From the NCBI RefSeq assembly GCF_004010195.1, contig NC_057719.1, forward strand, positions 79,411,261-79,459,502: 48,242 nucleotides of DNA, written 5' to 3'. Both the position numbers and the translations under genes were made by a program. This DNA comes from Chiloscyllium plagiosum. Taxonomy: Eukaryota. Positions 1 to 11,954 of this stretch are shown one piece after another (the stretch's first letter is position 1; the number at the start of each line of letters is the position of its first letter). The notes beneath the pieces were generated by a model. The model did no database searches. It saw nothing but the letters and a program-made list of their open reading frames with translations, and was not told where the DNA came from.

Positions 1-322
1 CTGCGAATATCTGCCTCCAATCAGCTTTCGAAAGTTCTTGCCTAATGCCGTCAAAATTGGCCTTTCTCCAATTTAGAACTTCAACATTTAGATCTGGTCT
101 ATCCTTTTCCATCACTATTTTAAAACGAATAGAATTATGGTCACTGGCCCCAACGTGCTCCCCCTCTGACACCTCAGTCACCTGTCCTGCCTTATTTCCC
201 AAGAGTAGGTCAAGTTTTGCACCTTCTCTAGCAGGTACATCCACATGCTGAATCAAAAAATTGTCTTGTACACACTTAAGAAATTCCTCTCCATCTAAAC
301 CTTTAACACTATGGCACTATAG
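1..322 (-). mobile_element. CR1-clade LINE ORF2 fragment (end of APE endonuclease and linker), truncated by the window edge
   Basis: The minus strand reads EEFLKCVQDNFLIQHVDVPAREGAKLDLLLGN...GASDHNSIRF...LNWRKANFDGIRQEL. SDH is the endonuclease motif. Confidence 0.85.
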
Positions 323-435
323 TCGATGTTTTTTATCCACAAACGTATGAGTTAGGAGCACAGGCAGGCCACTCAGCCTTTTGAACCTGTCTTTCCATTC
401 ATTAAGTGACTGTATGACATTCTGGTCTCTCTCAG

Positions 436-522
436 GCAAAGACAGTGGAAGAAAAGCGTCTCTGGACACACCACATCAAGAGGTTAATTCTAGAGAACTA
501 CCATGCCATTATTCCCCAGAAG
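436..522 (+). CDS. PLEKHG3: PLEKHG3 coding exon (end of PH domain): AKTVEEKRLWTHHIKRLILENYHAIIPQK
   Basis: Acceptor tctctctcag|GCA and donor AAG|gtgagc; 87 nt, phase 0-0. The peptide matches the C-terminal PH-domain helix of vertebrate PLEKHG1/2/3 as recalled. Not in the ORF track. Confidence 0.93.
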
Positions 523-1091
523 GTGAGCTGCTCCTTGAATCAAAACAGGCTACTGGTAGTGTGGCACTGAATACCAGGTCCATCACAAACATTAGGTAAC
601 AGTATTTAATGCCATATCTATTATGCAATTTCTTTTTTGGCCACCTTACTTTGGGGCCTTGTATTTAAATCCCACCTAGACAGCTTCAGGATGGATGTTG
701 GAAACTGAATGTTGGAGACAGTTGTGGATAAGGTTTCCCATGCATTAATAGGTTGCTTGGTCTCTACCTACTGTAGTCTAACCGATGTCAATTCAACCTA
801 TTTCAACCCAACCTACTCTAAGGCAATCTGCACTAATCCAACCTGACCCAGTCCAGACTGTGTGGGTGTGGGTTTCTCTCTCTTACGGTCTTTCTGGTAC
901 TGTGCCTTCAACCACTGATGTGCACATGACCTGGTATTGACTATTCTTGCTTAATAAGATGTAATAAGCAGTTGCCAGCTGTCCCCGGTCTGAGTTGTGT
1001 GATGCTGGTAGGATACTGTTTACTCCCTTGCCTCTGTGTTCATATATACCCCTTGGCTCAAAGTAACTTGACATTTATCATTTCCTTTCAG

Positions 1092-1125
1092 GCCAAGGAA
1101 GCCATCTTGGAAATGGATTCTTACT
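1092..1125 (+). CDS. PLEKHG3: PLEKHG3 coding exon: AKEAILEMDSY(Y)
   Basis: tttcctttcag|GCC ... TAC T|gtaagt; 34 nt, phase 0-1. Continues the frame of the previous exon (..PQK-AKEAILEMDSY, as in PLEKHG3). Confidence 0.93.
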
Positions 1126-1321
1126 GTAAGTACGACATTCTCAGACTGACATGTTACTTTAAAGCTTTAAACATCTGGTTTGGAAGCCTATGTTTTCTTC
1201 ACCTTATCAAAATGAAAGGTTGGGGAAAGTGGAAGCTGAATTGTGACATTTCAGGGGTGTACTTTTGAATATATCCTGGATGAATGCAGGATCCAATGCA
1301 AACTGAGATTTGGTGTCTAAA

Positions 1322-1662
1322 CCCTACACTGTGGAAGCGGGCCATTTGGCCCATCAAGTCGACACACCGACGCTCTGAACAGTATCTCGCCAAGGCCCAA
1401 TCCCACCCTATCCCTGTAGCCTTGCATTTTCCAATGGCTAAACCACCTAACCTACACATTTCTGGACACTATGAGCAATGTAGCATGGCCAATCCACCTA
1501 ACCTGCCCATTTTTGGAATCTAGGAGGAAACCGGAGCACCTGGAGAAAACCTATGCGGACATGGGGAGAATGCGCAAACTCCAGACAGACCCCCAAGACT
1601 GGAATCAAACTGGGGAACCTGATGCTGTGCGGCAGCGGTTTTAACCACTGAGCCACCATGCC
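1322..1662 (-). mobile_element. HE1-type (V-SINE) tRNA-derived SINE
   Basis: Minus strand has an A-box head (GGTGGCTCAGTGGTTA), the core TGGAGTTTGCGCATTCTCCCC...GCTCCGGTTTCCTCC and a CR1-like tail. Six related copies occur in the window. Confidence 0.85.
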
Positions 1663-2408
1663 ATCCCAGTAGAAAAAAAAAGTTTTTCTCAAAAGTACTC
1701 TCTAAGTGGCAGTTTCCAATGTAAAATTGTCCTAGATTAGGTTTGACGTGGCCTATTCAGGGTAGCACAAAGATACCTAACATGGGAATTAAGGCGATCA
1801 GCCTAGTGTCGTCAGAGAATTTGTATTGGGATTGGAACTGAGGCTAGTTGTTGGACCAGAGTAGAGGGAGATTTTGGTCAACATCTGACCTGGGTCTTGT
1901 GATACAAAGCTGAAAGTGTGCAACCTTCCCTTTTTGTTACTTTTCTGTAGGATCTAGTTAAAGTGTCGTCTTATTCTGAATACGAGGTGGGCCAATTCAA
2001 AACTAACCTGCATTTATGATATTTAAGTGAGTTAAATACTTATCCTAAGGAACTGCCTTCTAAGGTGGCCAGTGGAGGCAGATATCATATAACTTGCTTG
2101 AGTCATTAGAATTGATTTTCAATGGAATAAAGTATTTTGGGACGTCTTTTGAAATGCGATGGGTAGTCAAGGTAGGGCCTTTTCAAGGGAAAGGATCCGT
2201 GTCCAAGTCTATTTTAGATGAATTGATACAATTGTTCAATAACTTCATTATTAGGTGACAATCTGAATGGTAGGTGAGTTCAACAGACATTCTCTTTTTA
2301 AAAATTTTGTTATTCTTGTGTTCCTGAACATTGACAGTGTATTCCTCCTCAACATAAGCCCAGTGGCTGACAGGTAATTGATTGCTCTTCCTGCTGTGAT
2401 CCTTCTAG

Positions 2409-2510
2409 ATCCTTCCAAGTACCGGTACAGCCCGGAAAGATCCAAAAAATCTATGACTAGTCAACCGGTGGAGGAGCTTGTGAGCTACCGCAGGGGCCGC
2501 AGGCAGTCTG
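2409..2510 (+). CDS. PLEKHG3: PLEKHG3 coding exon: (Y)PSKYRYSPERSKKSMTSQPVEELVSYRRGRRQS(E)
   Basis: ccttctag|AT ... TCT G|gtaaga; 102 nt, phase 1-1. YP.RYR.SPER.KK and GRRQSE motifs of PLEKHG3. Confidence 0.92.
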
Positions 2511-3740
2511 GTAAGACCTAGTATGGGGTCAGATGGGTAAGGGGCAAACATAGGGACCAGGAGAAACCCCTTCCCCCATCCACTCCAGCCACCTTAACCC
2601 ACCCACATGTGACTGACTGGGGAGGGAGTGTGGTACAGGATGGTTATAGCACCGGAGAAGGCCATTCAGCCCACCCGATGCCAAGCGGTGATCTTTAAAC
2701 CGATGTGGAGAATGCGGCAGGTTTGGCAGCATCCATGGAAAATAGACAGACTTAGCGTTTCAACTCTGTTGCCTTGGCTTATTCGCGGGTTCCCAGGCTG
2801 CCTGCTATCTTGGTGGCCTGGAGGGGGCCTTTGTTTCACATTCACACTGTGTGCGCGTGAGGTCATGATCCCCTCTTTCATCAAACGAAGAGGCTGCTCC
2901 TCGGTTTCTTGCTAAACTTCAGTCCCGTCTCCCCGATATTTTGGACACCTTTTGTGGACGGGAAGCATGTTGGAGGCTGGCCACCTTATCTCAGCCAGAA
3001 ACTTCGACAAGTCCAAGCAGAATGCCTTTGCGATAGGGCCAGATCATTCAGCCCAATTCTACAGCTCGTTTCCATGGATACATTTGACACCCACGCCAGC
3101 CTTCCTGGAGAGGGAGCCTGTGTCATTCACTTGAGGCCCTGCACAAGAGGTGGGTCATCAGAGAAACAGGAGTGCGTTGTCCATATCTTTAATTCAATTT
3201 TTTGTTGAATTTTAATTTTGTTGAAGTTTATTGGATGCACTTTATTTCAGAAAGAGGAAGGCACTTTCTACATCTTAATTGATACTGACATCAATCATCA
3301 ATTATCAAGAACTGCTGAGAGGAAAACCAAGTTGATTGATGTTTTTCATCTATAAGTGTATGAATTATGAGCAGGAATAGGCCAGTTGGCCCTTCGAACC
3401 TGCCATCCCATTCAATAAGATCATGGCTGATCTGATCTCCATGTTCCCGCCCACCCACAGTAACCTTTCACCCTTTGTTTTCTTCCTCTGCCTTAAAAAA
3501 CAATTGAGGAAGCCAGTTCCAAAGACTCACCATCCTCTGAGGAAAAAAAGTTGTCATCACCTCTGTCCTAAAACTGGTGACCCCCTTAGAATCTAGAGCT
3601 GTTTTAAAAACTTGACAATTCAGGAGCGGCATTCCCTCGCTCAGTTTTAATTTCTCTGACACCACACTTGCAATTTAGTGACTTTCAGGATTTAGCCAGG
3701 CACAGGCAATTACAATGCCAGCCTGCTCTGTCCATAAGTG

Positions 3741-4940
3741 AAGAACAAAGAACAAAGAAAATTTACAGCCCTGGAACAGGCCCTTCGGCCGTCCAAGCCT
3801 GAGCCGATCCAAATGTACTGTCTAAACTGTTGGTCAATTCCTAAGCATCTGTATCCCTCTGCTCCCCACCTACTCATGCATCCGTCCAGAAGGGAAAAGT
3901 TGATGGGCAGAGAGATCTGGGAGTGCAGGTCCATTGTACCTTGAAGGTTGCACAGGTGGATAGAGTGGTCAAGAAGGTATATGGTATGCTTGCCTTCATT
4001 GGATGGGTTTTTGATATAAGAGCTGGCAAGTCATGTTAAAATTGTACAAGACATTGGTTCGGCCGCATTTAGAATACGGTGTACAGTTCTGGTCGCCACA
4101 TTACCAAAAGGATGTGAACGCTTTGGAGAGGGTGCAGAGAAGGTTTACGAGGGTGTTGCCTGATATTGGAGGTGCTAGTTATGAAGAAAGGTTGAGTAGG
4201 TTAGGTTTATTTTCATTAGAAAAATGAACCTGATTGAGGTTTATAAAATCATGAAGGGTATAGACAGGGTGGATAGAGACAAGCTTTTTCCCAGGGTGAA
4301 GGAATCAATAACGAGAGGTCACGCTTTCAAGGTGAGAGGTGGAAAGTTGAAGGGGGATACACACGGCAAGTACACAGAGGGTGGTGGGCATTTGTAACGC
4401 CTTGTCTGCAGAGGTGGTAGAGGCAGGCACGGTAGATTCACTTAAGATTCGTTTCTAAATATAAATAGGTACTATCCCTCAGTACCCTCTCCACAAACTT
4501 TCCCACCACCAACATCAGGCTCACTGGTCTGTAGTTACCTGGAATATCCCAACTACCCTTCTTGTACAGGGGGACAACATGAGCAATCTTCCAGTCCTGC
4601 AGTACCTCACCTGTATTTAAGGATCCCACCAAGATATCTGTCAGGGCCCCAGCTATTTCCTCCCTCTCCTCCCTCAGCAACCTGGGATAGATCCCATCCG
4701 GTCCTGGGGATGTGTCCACACTAATAACCTGTGGCCTACCCAACACATCTTCCCTACTTATGTCAATGTGATCCAGACTAATTAAACTTCTATCTCCAAT
4801 CTCAACATTCATCATGTTCCTCTCCTCTGTGAACACTGATGCAACGTAATCATTCAGAATCTCACCCATTCTCTCAGGTTCGACACACAGCCTTCCTTCA
4901 TTATCCTTTAGTGGATCAATCCTTTCTCCAGTTACCCTGA
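3741..4940 (-). mobile_element. CR1-clade LINE fragment with an internal inverted segment (about 3888-4452 reads on +)
   Basis: ORF 4438..5169(-) contains SPGPDGIYPRLLRE and PGNYRPVSL. ORF 4033..4227(+) contains [18 protein letters not shown] (tttgttc)n 3' tail lies at about 3741-3757 on -. Confidence 0.85.
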
Positions 4941-5642
4941 GAAATATGTTTCTCTGAGAAACATTGTCAGTGCCACAGAAGCAGCAACACCACCCCATTT
5001 GCTTTACAGCTCCACTGACAAACCTTGAGTGGCTCAGCTGGGACACTGATAGACAGCATTGCAACTCCCTCTGCGCTCCCTCAACTCTGCCCACAATATG
5101 CAGATGCCACTTTGAGGTTCTGAAAGGAGCCACGTGCTGCAAACTTGACACGGCAACCACAGCCTGCATTTATGTAGCCCCCACCCCAAATATTCTGCTT
5201 TGCAGGAATGCTATCGGCAAGATCCCATGCCAAGTCCACGTGGGCTTGCTGAATGAATTTAGCTGCATCTCGCTGTGAAGAGAGAGCTGGAGGGGTCAAG
5301 GAAGGAACTTGAGGGTAATTTGAATCCACCAGTGGGTCAAAGAGGGTGGGAGACCTGAGTTGGAGGAGCACAGTTCTCAACAGGTTGTTGAGTTGGAAAT
5401 GTTTTTACTTGAGTGTAAGACAGTAGCAAACTCACCATGCTGCAAAGGCCAGCAATTCTAAGGTGTACAAATTTGTCTATTAATGTGGCTCACTAGTGAT
5501 TTGAACTGGAGTCTTCAGTGAAAGGAATGCAAGGCTGTTGAGCCATTCATTTTGTCTGGCAATAATCTGACAGGATACCTTTATCTCTTACTCATTTTTT
5601 TTTCTCTCTCGTTTATCCAATCCCGCCCCCCGACCCCAACAG

Positions 5643-5681
5643 AGCCGACGAAACAGATCCTGAAATCCTTGGTGCAGAGCG
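5643..5681 (+). CDS. PLEKHG3: PLEKHG3 coding exon: (E)PTKQILKSLVQS(V)
   Basis: Long pyrimidine tract, then caacag|AG CCG ACG AAA ... AGC G|gtgagt; 39 nt, phase 1-1. Completes GRRQSEPTK. Confidence 0.88.
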
Positions 5682-7334
5682 GTGAGTGAATTTACTCCCG
5701 GCAAAATAAATACCCGGTTTATGTGCCTTCTGACACTCCTCCTTCTGATTTCTCTTGCAAAGGTGTCACCTTGAGCAGTGGACTCGCTCCATGGATGCAG
5801 GCAGTATACCATCCAAGGGACAATCCTTCACCTTTGAGATCCCTCCCCACAATCCCTTCACTGCAGCCCCTGTGCACATTATGACTACTGAATATGAGCA
5901 ACTCTATTCAACTGTGGGAGGCTTCACGATTAGAAATATCATCCTCCCCACCCAGCATAGGACCAGTAGAAGCAGGCCATTTGGCCCTTCCAACATCTTC
6001 CACCATTCAAAGAGATGACGGCTGCTCGGCCCATCGATTTCCAATCCCCACCCAACCTGCTTCCGTAACCATTACTTCTCATCACCAACAAAGGTCTACC
6101 GATGTTAATTTTGAAATTTTCAAAAAATTCCTTTTTTTGGGAAGGAGTTTTTCAGTTCTCCAATATCTTTAGCTTGAAGTGTGTCCTGACATCACTCTGA
6201 ACAGTCTGGTTGTAATTTTAAGGTTAAGTTCCTTTAATTTGGACTTGGGAAATCATTTCTCCTCGACCAAGAGACTCAGATTCAAGTCCCACCTACTCCA
6301 GGGGTGCGTAATAACATCTCTCAATTGGTTGATTAGAAACAAAAAATAGGAAATAATCTCAAATCCAGTATTTGGGGATAATGAAGTTACTTCAGTTAGA
6401 ACCTAGGTTTAAGTTGGACCCACCATTTTCATAAACTATGACAATTTATTTTTTTAAAATTTGGAATTAAGGGTCTAATAATGACCATGGAACAGTGGTT
6501 GATTTGTTGTTGAGAAGACTACCCTGTAAACATCAGAATCCCCTCTGTTAGATCACCCCTTCAGTTTACATACTCGAGGCAATGCAACTTCATCTACTCT
6601 CATACCCTTTTTAACCTCACTATTGTTCTAGCCAGTCTGTGTTTATATTCCCTTCAAATGTTACCAAAGGTACCATTCTTCCAGAGATGGTTTATTCCCT
6701 CTATGGAAAAATAGTTCCTTCAAGGTTAAAATTTTGAACAATGAACGCTGATGCCATGATCAATTTTGTAAATAACATTAGTGTTTGGCTCGGAGTAAAA
6801 TTCTTCCCTTCCTCACATTCCCCACCTCTTCCTAAAGACACTGCTCCGTTACTTGGATGGTTCTTTCTGAGGCATCTCTGGTAACCCAGGCCTGAAATTG
6901 GCCACAGACTATTAGGCTATGGGGGGGTGGGGGGAGCACAGATGATCAGATGTGAGCCTCTGTGATATTTATCCATTATATTCATGGTTTCATAGTTACA
7001 GAAGCAGGAGTAGGCTATTTGGCCTGTTGAGCCTGCTCCACCATTCATTTAAGGTCATGGCTGATCTATCCATCGTCTCATCTCCTCCTACCTGCATTAT
7101 TCCCGCAACCCTTAATTCCCCTACCATGCAAAAACCAATCCACCTATGTCTTGAATATATTTAATGAAGCTGTCTCTACTGCTTCCTTGGGCAGAGAATT
7201 CCATAGATTCACTACTCTCTGGGAAAAGCAGTTCCTCTTCATCTCTGTCCTAAATCTACTTCCCCTAACCTTGAGACCATAGGACGAGCTTATTGGTCTT
7301 TTAAGAAAGACTTTCTTTGATGTAACTGTCACTA

Positions 7335-7720
7335 CCTAAGCACTGAAGTGTTTTGTAAATAATTAAATACTTCTGAAGTGGAGTCACTTGTAACAGAAGA
7401 AACACAGCAGCTAATTTACACAGAGTAAGCTCCTACAAACAGCAATGTGATAATGATCAGACAATCTACGTTACTGATGCATGATGTTAAATATCAGCCA
7501 GAGCATGAAGGGTAACCTCCCCCACTCTTCTTTAAAATATTTATTATATAAAATCTTTTTTGACAGGACAGATTTCAATATTTCATTAGCTTATCTAGAA
7601 AACTGTACATCTGACAGTGTGGCAGTTCCCAGCACAGTGTGAACTTCGGTCTTGTTCTCATTACTTGATCACACAAGCTTTGACCCAGAGGCGAGAGAGC
7701 TACCAGCCTTGAGGCTGAGC
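7335..7720 (-). mobile_element. Ancient Deu-SINE (SacSINE1-like) copy
   Basis: The block cagcagctaatttacacagagtaagctcctacaaacagcaatgtgataatgatcagac recurs in degraded form near 20060, 29750, 34980, 36570 and 38450, and in reverse at 8080-8200. The family name is from recall. Confidence 0.55.
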
Positions 7721-7899
7721 CTTCATCAGCCTCTGCCCACATTCTGACATGTTTTCCTCTTGCTGTATATTCATACATCCTCTCCTTGATGCTCGAGATG
7801 GCTGTATAATAGGCTGCACCAGATTCAGGGGATGTTGAAGTCAAAGTGTAAGGGGCTCAAAACCTCCTCCAGAAAAGCACCAGATCTGTCAAATATACT

Positions 7900-8205
7900 G
7901 TGTAAATATTTCATTGTTGAAGTTGCCAACGTTTGGATGAAGTTTCACATCGAAGGCCCAGTTGTCCCCTTGAGTGAATCTTGAAAAAAAAATTCCAGTG
8001 CACTTTTCCAAAGAAGGGATGTCCTTCATAATTCTTTATCCCTCAAACATCATAAAGATTCTGATGATTTAGCTATCTCATTGCCATTGGTGGGAGCTTG
8101 CTTGTTGCTAAACTACTTACATTTCAATAATGACAAACTTTTGAAAGGACCTCATTGCTTGGAAAGCACGTTGGGATGTCCTGAAGTCATATAAATGTTA
8201 CCTTC
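7900..8205 (+). mobile_element. Ancient Deu-SINE-like copy, opposite in orientation to 7335-7720
   Basis: cattgccattggtgggagcttgcttgttgctaaa...gggatgtcctgaagtcatataaatg tail. Confidence 0.5.
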
Positions 8206-8464
8206 TCAACAGTTAATCATCTTCCAACATGTCTTTGCTCCCAGAGGTTCCAGTCCCAGTGCTACTTGAGTACCCACTCTTTCTGCCGAATAAGCATTAC
8301 TGCTAATTTGACAGTGATCACTCATTTCCTCATTGTCCAGCCTTCCCAATATGTGATATCTAATATTCTGTGTGTGTCTCTCTCTTTTCCCCCCCCCACC
8401 CCCCAACCCTTTCCCATACTGCTTTCTTCTGATGTGACGGCTCCCTCCTCCTTTAAATCTACAG

Positions 8465-8475
8465 TTTCGCTGAAG
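8465..8475 (+). CDS. PLEKHG3: PLEKHG3 11-nt microexon: (V)SLK
   Basis: ctccctcctcctttaaatctacag|TTTCGCTGAAG|gtaaga. Length 3n+2 converts phase 1 to phase 0, exactly as needed to join 5681 to 14092, and gives the family motif K-HAGS.GEL. Confidence 0.82.
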
Positions 8476-8897
8476 GTAAGACCATCACCCCTCCAATTGT
8501 ATTGTAACGCTTGCTTTTGTTTATTAAACTGCATGTGTCCGTGCTAATGGGTAATTGCAATATTTTTCACTCCTACCCCTCATCAAAAAGGAGTTAGATT
8601 CTTAGCTCGACTCTGGCTTTTCAACCTCCCTCCAGAGTCCAGGCTTGGAACCTGGAGTACCTGGCAACCTGTTTGTCCAGCATAAATTACTGGCACACTC
8701 CTCAATCACACAGGCCCATCTGATGGTCATCATCAACAGCAATTAGCTTATGGTGGTCACGTTGCACTCGAGCCTTCTAACTTGGACGCAGTATGCTCAG
8801 TGGTAGCGCAGACCTGAGAGATCTGGTTGATGTTGGCCCAGGGTAAGGCTCAGTCAGAGCTTTTCAGACCCCTGACTTGCTGAGCCAAAGGAAGAGA

Positions 8898-9682
8898 CAA
8901 AACAAAACTGCAGGTACTGCAATCCTGAGTAGACCAGCAGGAGGCTGGAAGAACACAGCAAACCAGGCGGCATCAGGAGATGGAGAAGTTGACGTTTCAG
9001 ATATAACTAGGAGAAAGTGAGGACTGCAGATGCTGGGGATCAGAGCTTAAAAATGTGTTGCTGGAAAAGCGCAGCAGGTCAGGCAGCATCAAAGGAGAAG
9101 GAGAATCGACGTTTCGGGCGTAAGCCATGCTTTGATGCTGCCTGACCTGCTGCGCTTTTCCAGCAACACATTTTTAAGTTTCAGACATAACCCTTCTTCA
9201 GGAATGGAGGTGTGGGTAGGGGGAGTTGCCGATAGGGGTTGGGAGGGATAAGGGGAAGAGTTTTGGGTGGGGAGTGGGTCGGAATGGTGAGATAGTGATA
9301 GGTAAACACATATGGTAGGTATGACCTGGTTGGTCAATGGGAAGAATGAATCCAATTGGTAGCTGGAAGGAGGGGTCGGTAGGAGGAGGGGCTGGAGACG
9401 GAATTGAGGGATGGGTGGGAAGGTTATTTGAGTTCTCCAATTTCAATGTTGAGTCCTCCGGGTTGTAGGCTGCCCAGGCGGAAGATGAGGTGGTGTTCCT
9501 CAAACTTGTGGTCTGATTCATTGTGGCAATGGAGGAGGCCAAGGATGGACATGTCAGAGAGGGAGTGGGAAGGGAAAATGGGTGGTGATTGGGAGGTCAG
9601 GCTGGCCCTTTCGGGACGGGCTGAGATATTCTGAGAAACATTCCCTTAGTTTACATTTGGTCTCACAGATGCAGAGAAGCCT
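8898..9682 (-). mobile_element. Penelope-like element 3' fragment (GIY-YIG endonuclease remnant and terminal repeat) with a nested insertion at 9008-9177
   Basis: The minus strand reads LLCICETKCKLRECFSEYL (decayed YIGETK) and DMSILGLLHC...KFEEHHLIFRLGSLQPGGLNIE. The terminal region carries CTGAAGA...GAAAC. Confidence 0.8.
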
Positions 9683-10931
9683 GAAGCATTCAGACTGATC
9701 CTGATTGTGCAAGGTGTTGGTATCACACCCTGCCTATTCGTAGAGGAACCAGGCTCTCCCAATTCTCACACATTTTAAACAACAGACTTGTGAATGGCTC
9801 ACAGCTTGAGGCTTGGTCTGTATCTTGTTGCCAGGTAACAAAGTACACCAATGCCTCTGTGTCCCCACCCCCACAGACATTGGCTTGGCACTCACTCTAG
9901 AGGTTTCAGCCTATTATTTCCCCTTCTGTATCCACCTGGTGAAGCCGTTAATTTGATGCTGAATAATTGCTTGGTGTCTTTAAAAGAAGTTAAGAAGTTG
10001 AAGCCTTTCATCTTGCAGTCATTGGGACTAGGAATGCAAGACTTTGAGGGGGTGAAGGGAAGGGATGTTTTGTACAGCATGAGAAGAGGATGATAATTGG
10101 TTGGGTCACGGTTGGCGTGGAAATACTTTGGGAATTGCTAATTGCCAATCTTAATTCTCAGACCTGGCAGGTTCACTCTGATTGGCCGGGATGTTGCCAT
10201 GGGAATGCAGCAGAGATTGACCCCTTTTGTTTTTCCCCCCCAATGAAAAAGGTGCAGAGTATGTGCTAACTAGTTTCACCGGAAATAAGAGTCCTGTGGA
10301 CCATCATCTGTACCTTGCAGCTAATCTCTGCTGCACTCCTGACCAGTCAGAGTCTACCTGCCTACTCCGAGAACTGAGATTGACAGGAACTGTTTCTGCT
10401 ACATTTACATGTTAACAGTGCCCCAGTCAGCAATCTCTTCTTCTCATGTCTTATAAATGTGCCATTTTTCTTGCATCCCAGTCCTGACGAGTGCAAGATT
10501 AAAAAGCGTGACTTCTCTCTTTTTTACAAATTGCACCATTCAATTGACAAAGTACATTGAAGGTCCCTTTAGGAAATCTAGTTATCAGGCCAAAGGCTGA
10601 CCTGCCGCTGGAGAAAATTCAGCTGTTGTATGGACTCTGTGGGGTTGATCTGTACTCTCCTCAAGAGGAGTTAACATGGCGTCAAGGATTTTACTGCTTA
10701 ACTTTGAGACAGAGCTCTGGTCCAGGTGATTAAAACATCTGCCGGTTACAAAGTGTATTAACTGTTGCTTGTGTGTTAATGGACCCACAAGAGAACTGAA
10801 TAACAAGCCAAGCTGCTCACTTTATGTTTTGGATAGTCTCCCAGCAGGGGCTGCCATCCCAAAGTAATGCATTGAGCTGAGCATCACAGCTCAAGTCTCT
10901 TCAGAGATCAGATATAATAACGAGGGAAATA

Positions 10932-11257
10932 GGATGGCACGAATGCTCAGTGGTTAGCACTGCTGCCTCGCAGCACCGGGAGGCTGGGTTTAATACCACC
11001 CTCAGGCAACTGTGTAGAGTTGGCATGTTCTCCCTGTGTCTATATGGGTTTCCTCCCACAGTCCAAAAATGTGCAAGTTGGATGGATTGGCCATATTAAA
11101 TTGCCCATAAGGATTTGTAGGTTTGGGGGATTAGCCATGAGGAATACAGGGTTACAGGGATAAAGTAGGGGGTTGGGTCTGGGTGGGATGCTCTTCAGAG
11201 GGTTGGCAAGGACTCAATAGGCCGAATGGTCTGCTTCCAAACTGCAGGGATTCTATG
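10932..11257 (+). mobile_element. HE1-type SINE
   Basis: gctcagtggttagcactgctgcctc...tttcctcccacagtccaaa...gggattctatg. Confidence 0.85.
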
Positions 11258-11954
11258 AAGTAGAGATGTAAAGCACGGAATGTGGGAAGATCCCAGAATA
11301 ATGATGCTTATTAATTGCTTATGTCATCCTTGGGGCTGTGATATCTTGTATTTCTTCTTGCACATGTTCTTGGGATGTGAATGCTGGCAATAAGTGGATA
11401 CAACTGAACAATTTGTTGAGCTGTTTCAAAGGGCAGTTGGCAATCAACAGCATTGGTATGGGACTGGAGTCACATTTAGATGAGACTGGGTAAGAGCAAC
11501 ATTGCGTTGCCCATTTCTGGTTACCCATGAAGTGGTGGTCGGTAGTTATTTATAAAAGGCCTTGGAAAATGTCAGGACACAAAGTTCATCAGCACCAGTG
11601 AATTATTTTGGAGGTATAAACATGGGTTTGACTTGGGAAATGACAGTTTGGGCAGAGCAAGACTTCACAAATGCGATGATGAGAAGACCAAACGTGAGGT
11701 TGGTCAGGCATAAGATAGTGGCACTTGAATGCATGACCTTCAGGCTCGAGGCAATAGTGCAGTCATTAAGCTGTGCCCTTCACACAGGGTGAGAGGACTT
11801 CAGTTGTCCAGCTTTGATTCTCAGTCTGGCGCATTTCCTAAAATGGAATTAAAGGTGATAGAAAAATATCAGGAAGCCCAAGTCAAACCGCAGGAGGACG
11901 CCAACAGACTGAGCAGACCAGGAATTCAACTTGGAAATGTGTGAGATAATGCAT

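Noticed and set aside
2520..3210. CpG-containing stretch with several 60-99 aa ORFs after the 2409-2510 exon
   Set aside because: No recognisable protein similarity and no convincing in-phase splice pair; not needed for the PLEKHG3 frame. It could be regulatory, but nothing supports a call.
4438..5169. 243-aa ORF as a host gene or active reverse transcriptase
   Set aside because: It is a rearranged CR1 ORF2 fragment fused by chance to flanking sequence, and the RT core is missing.
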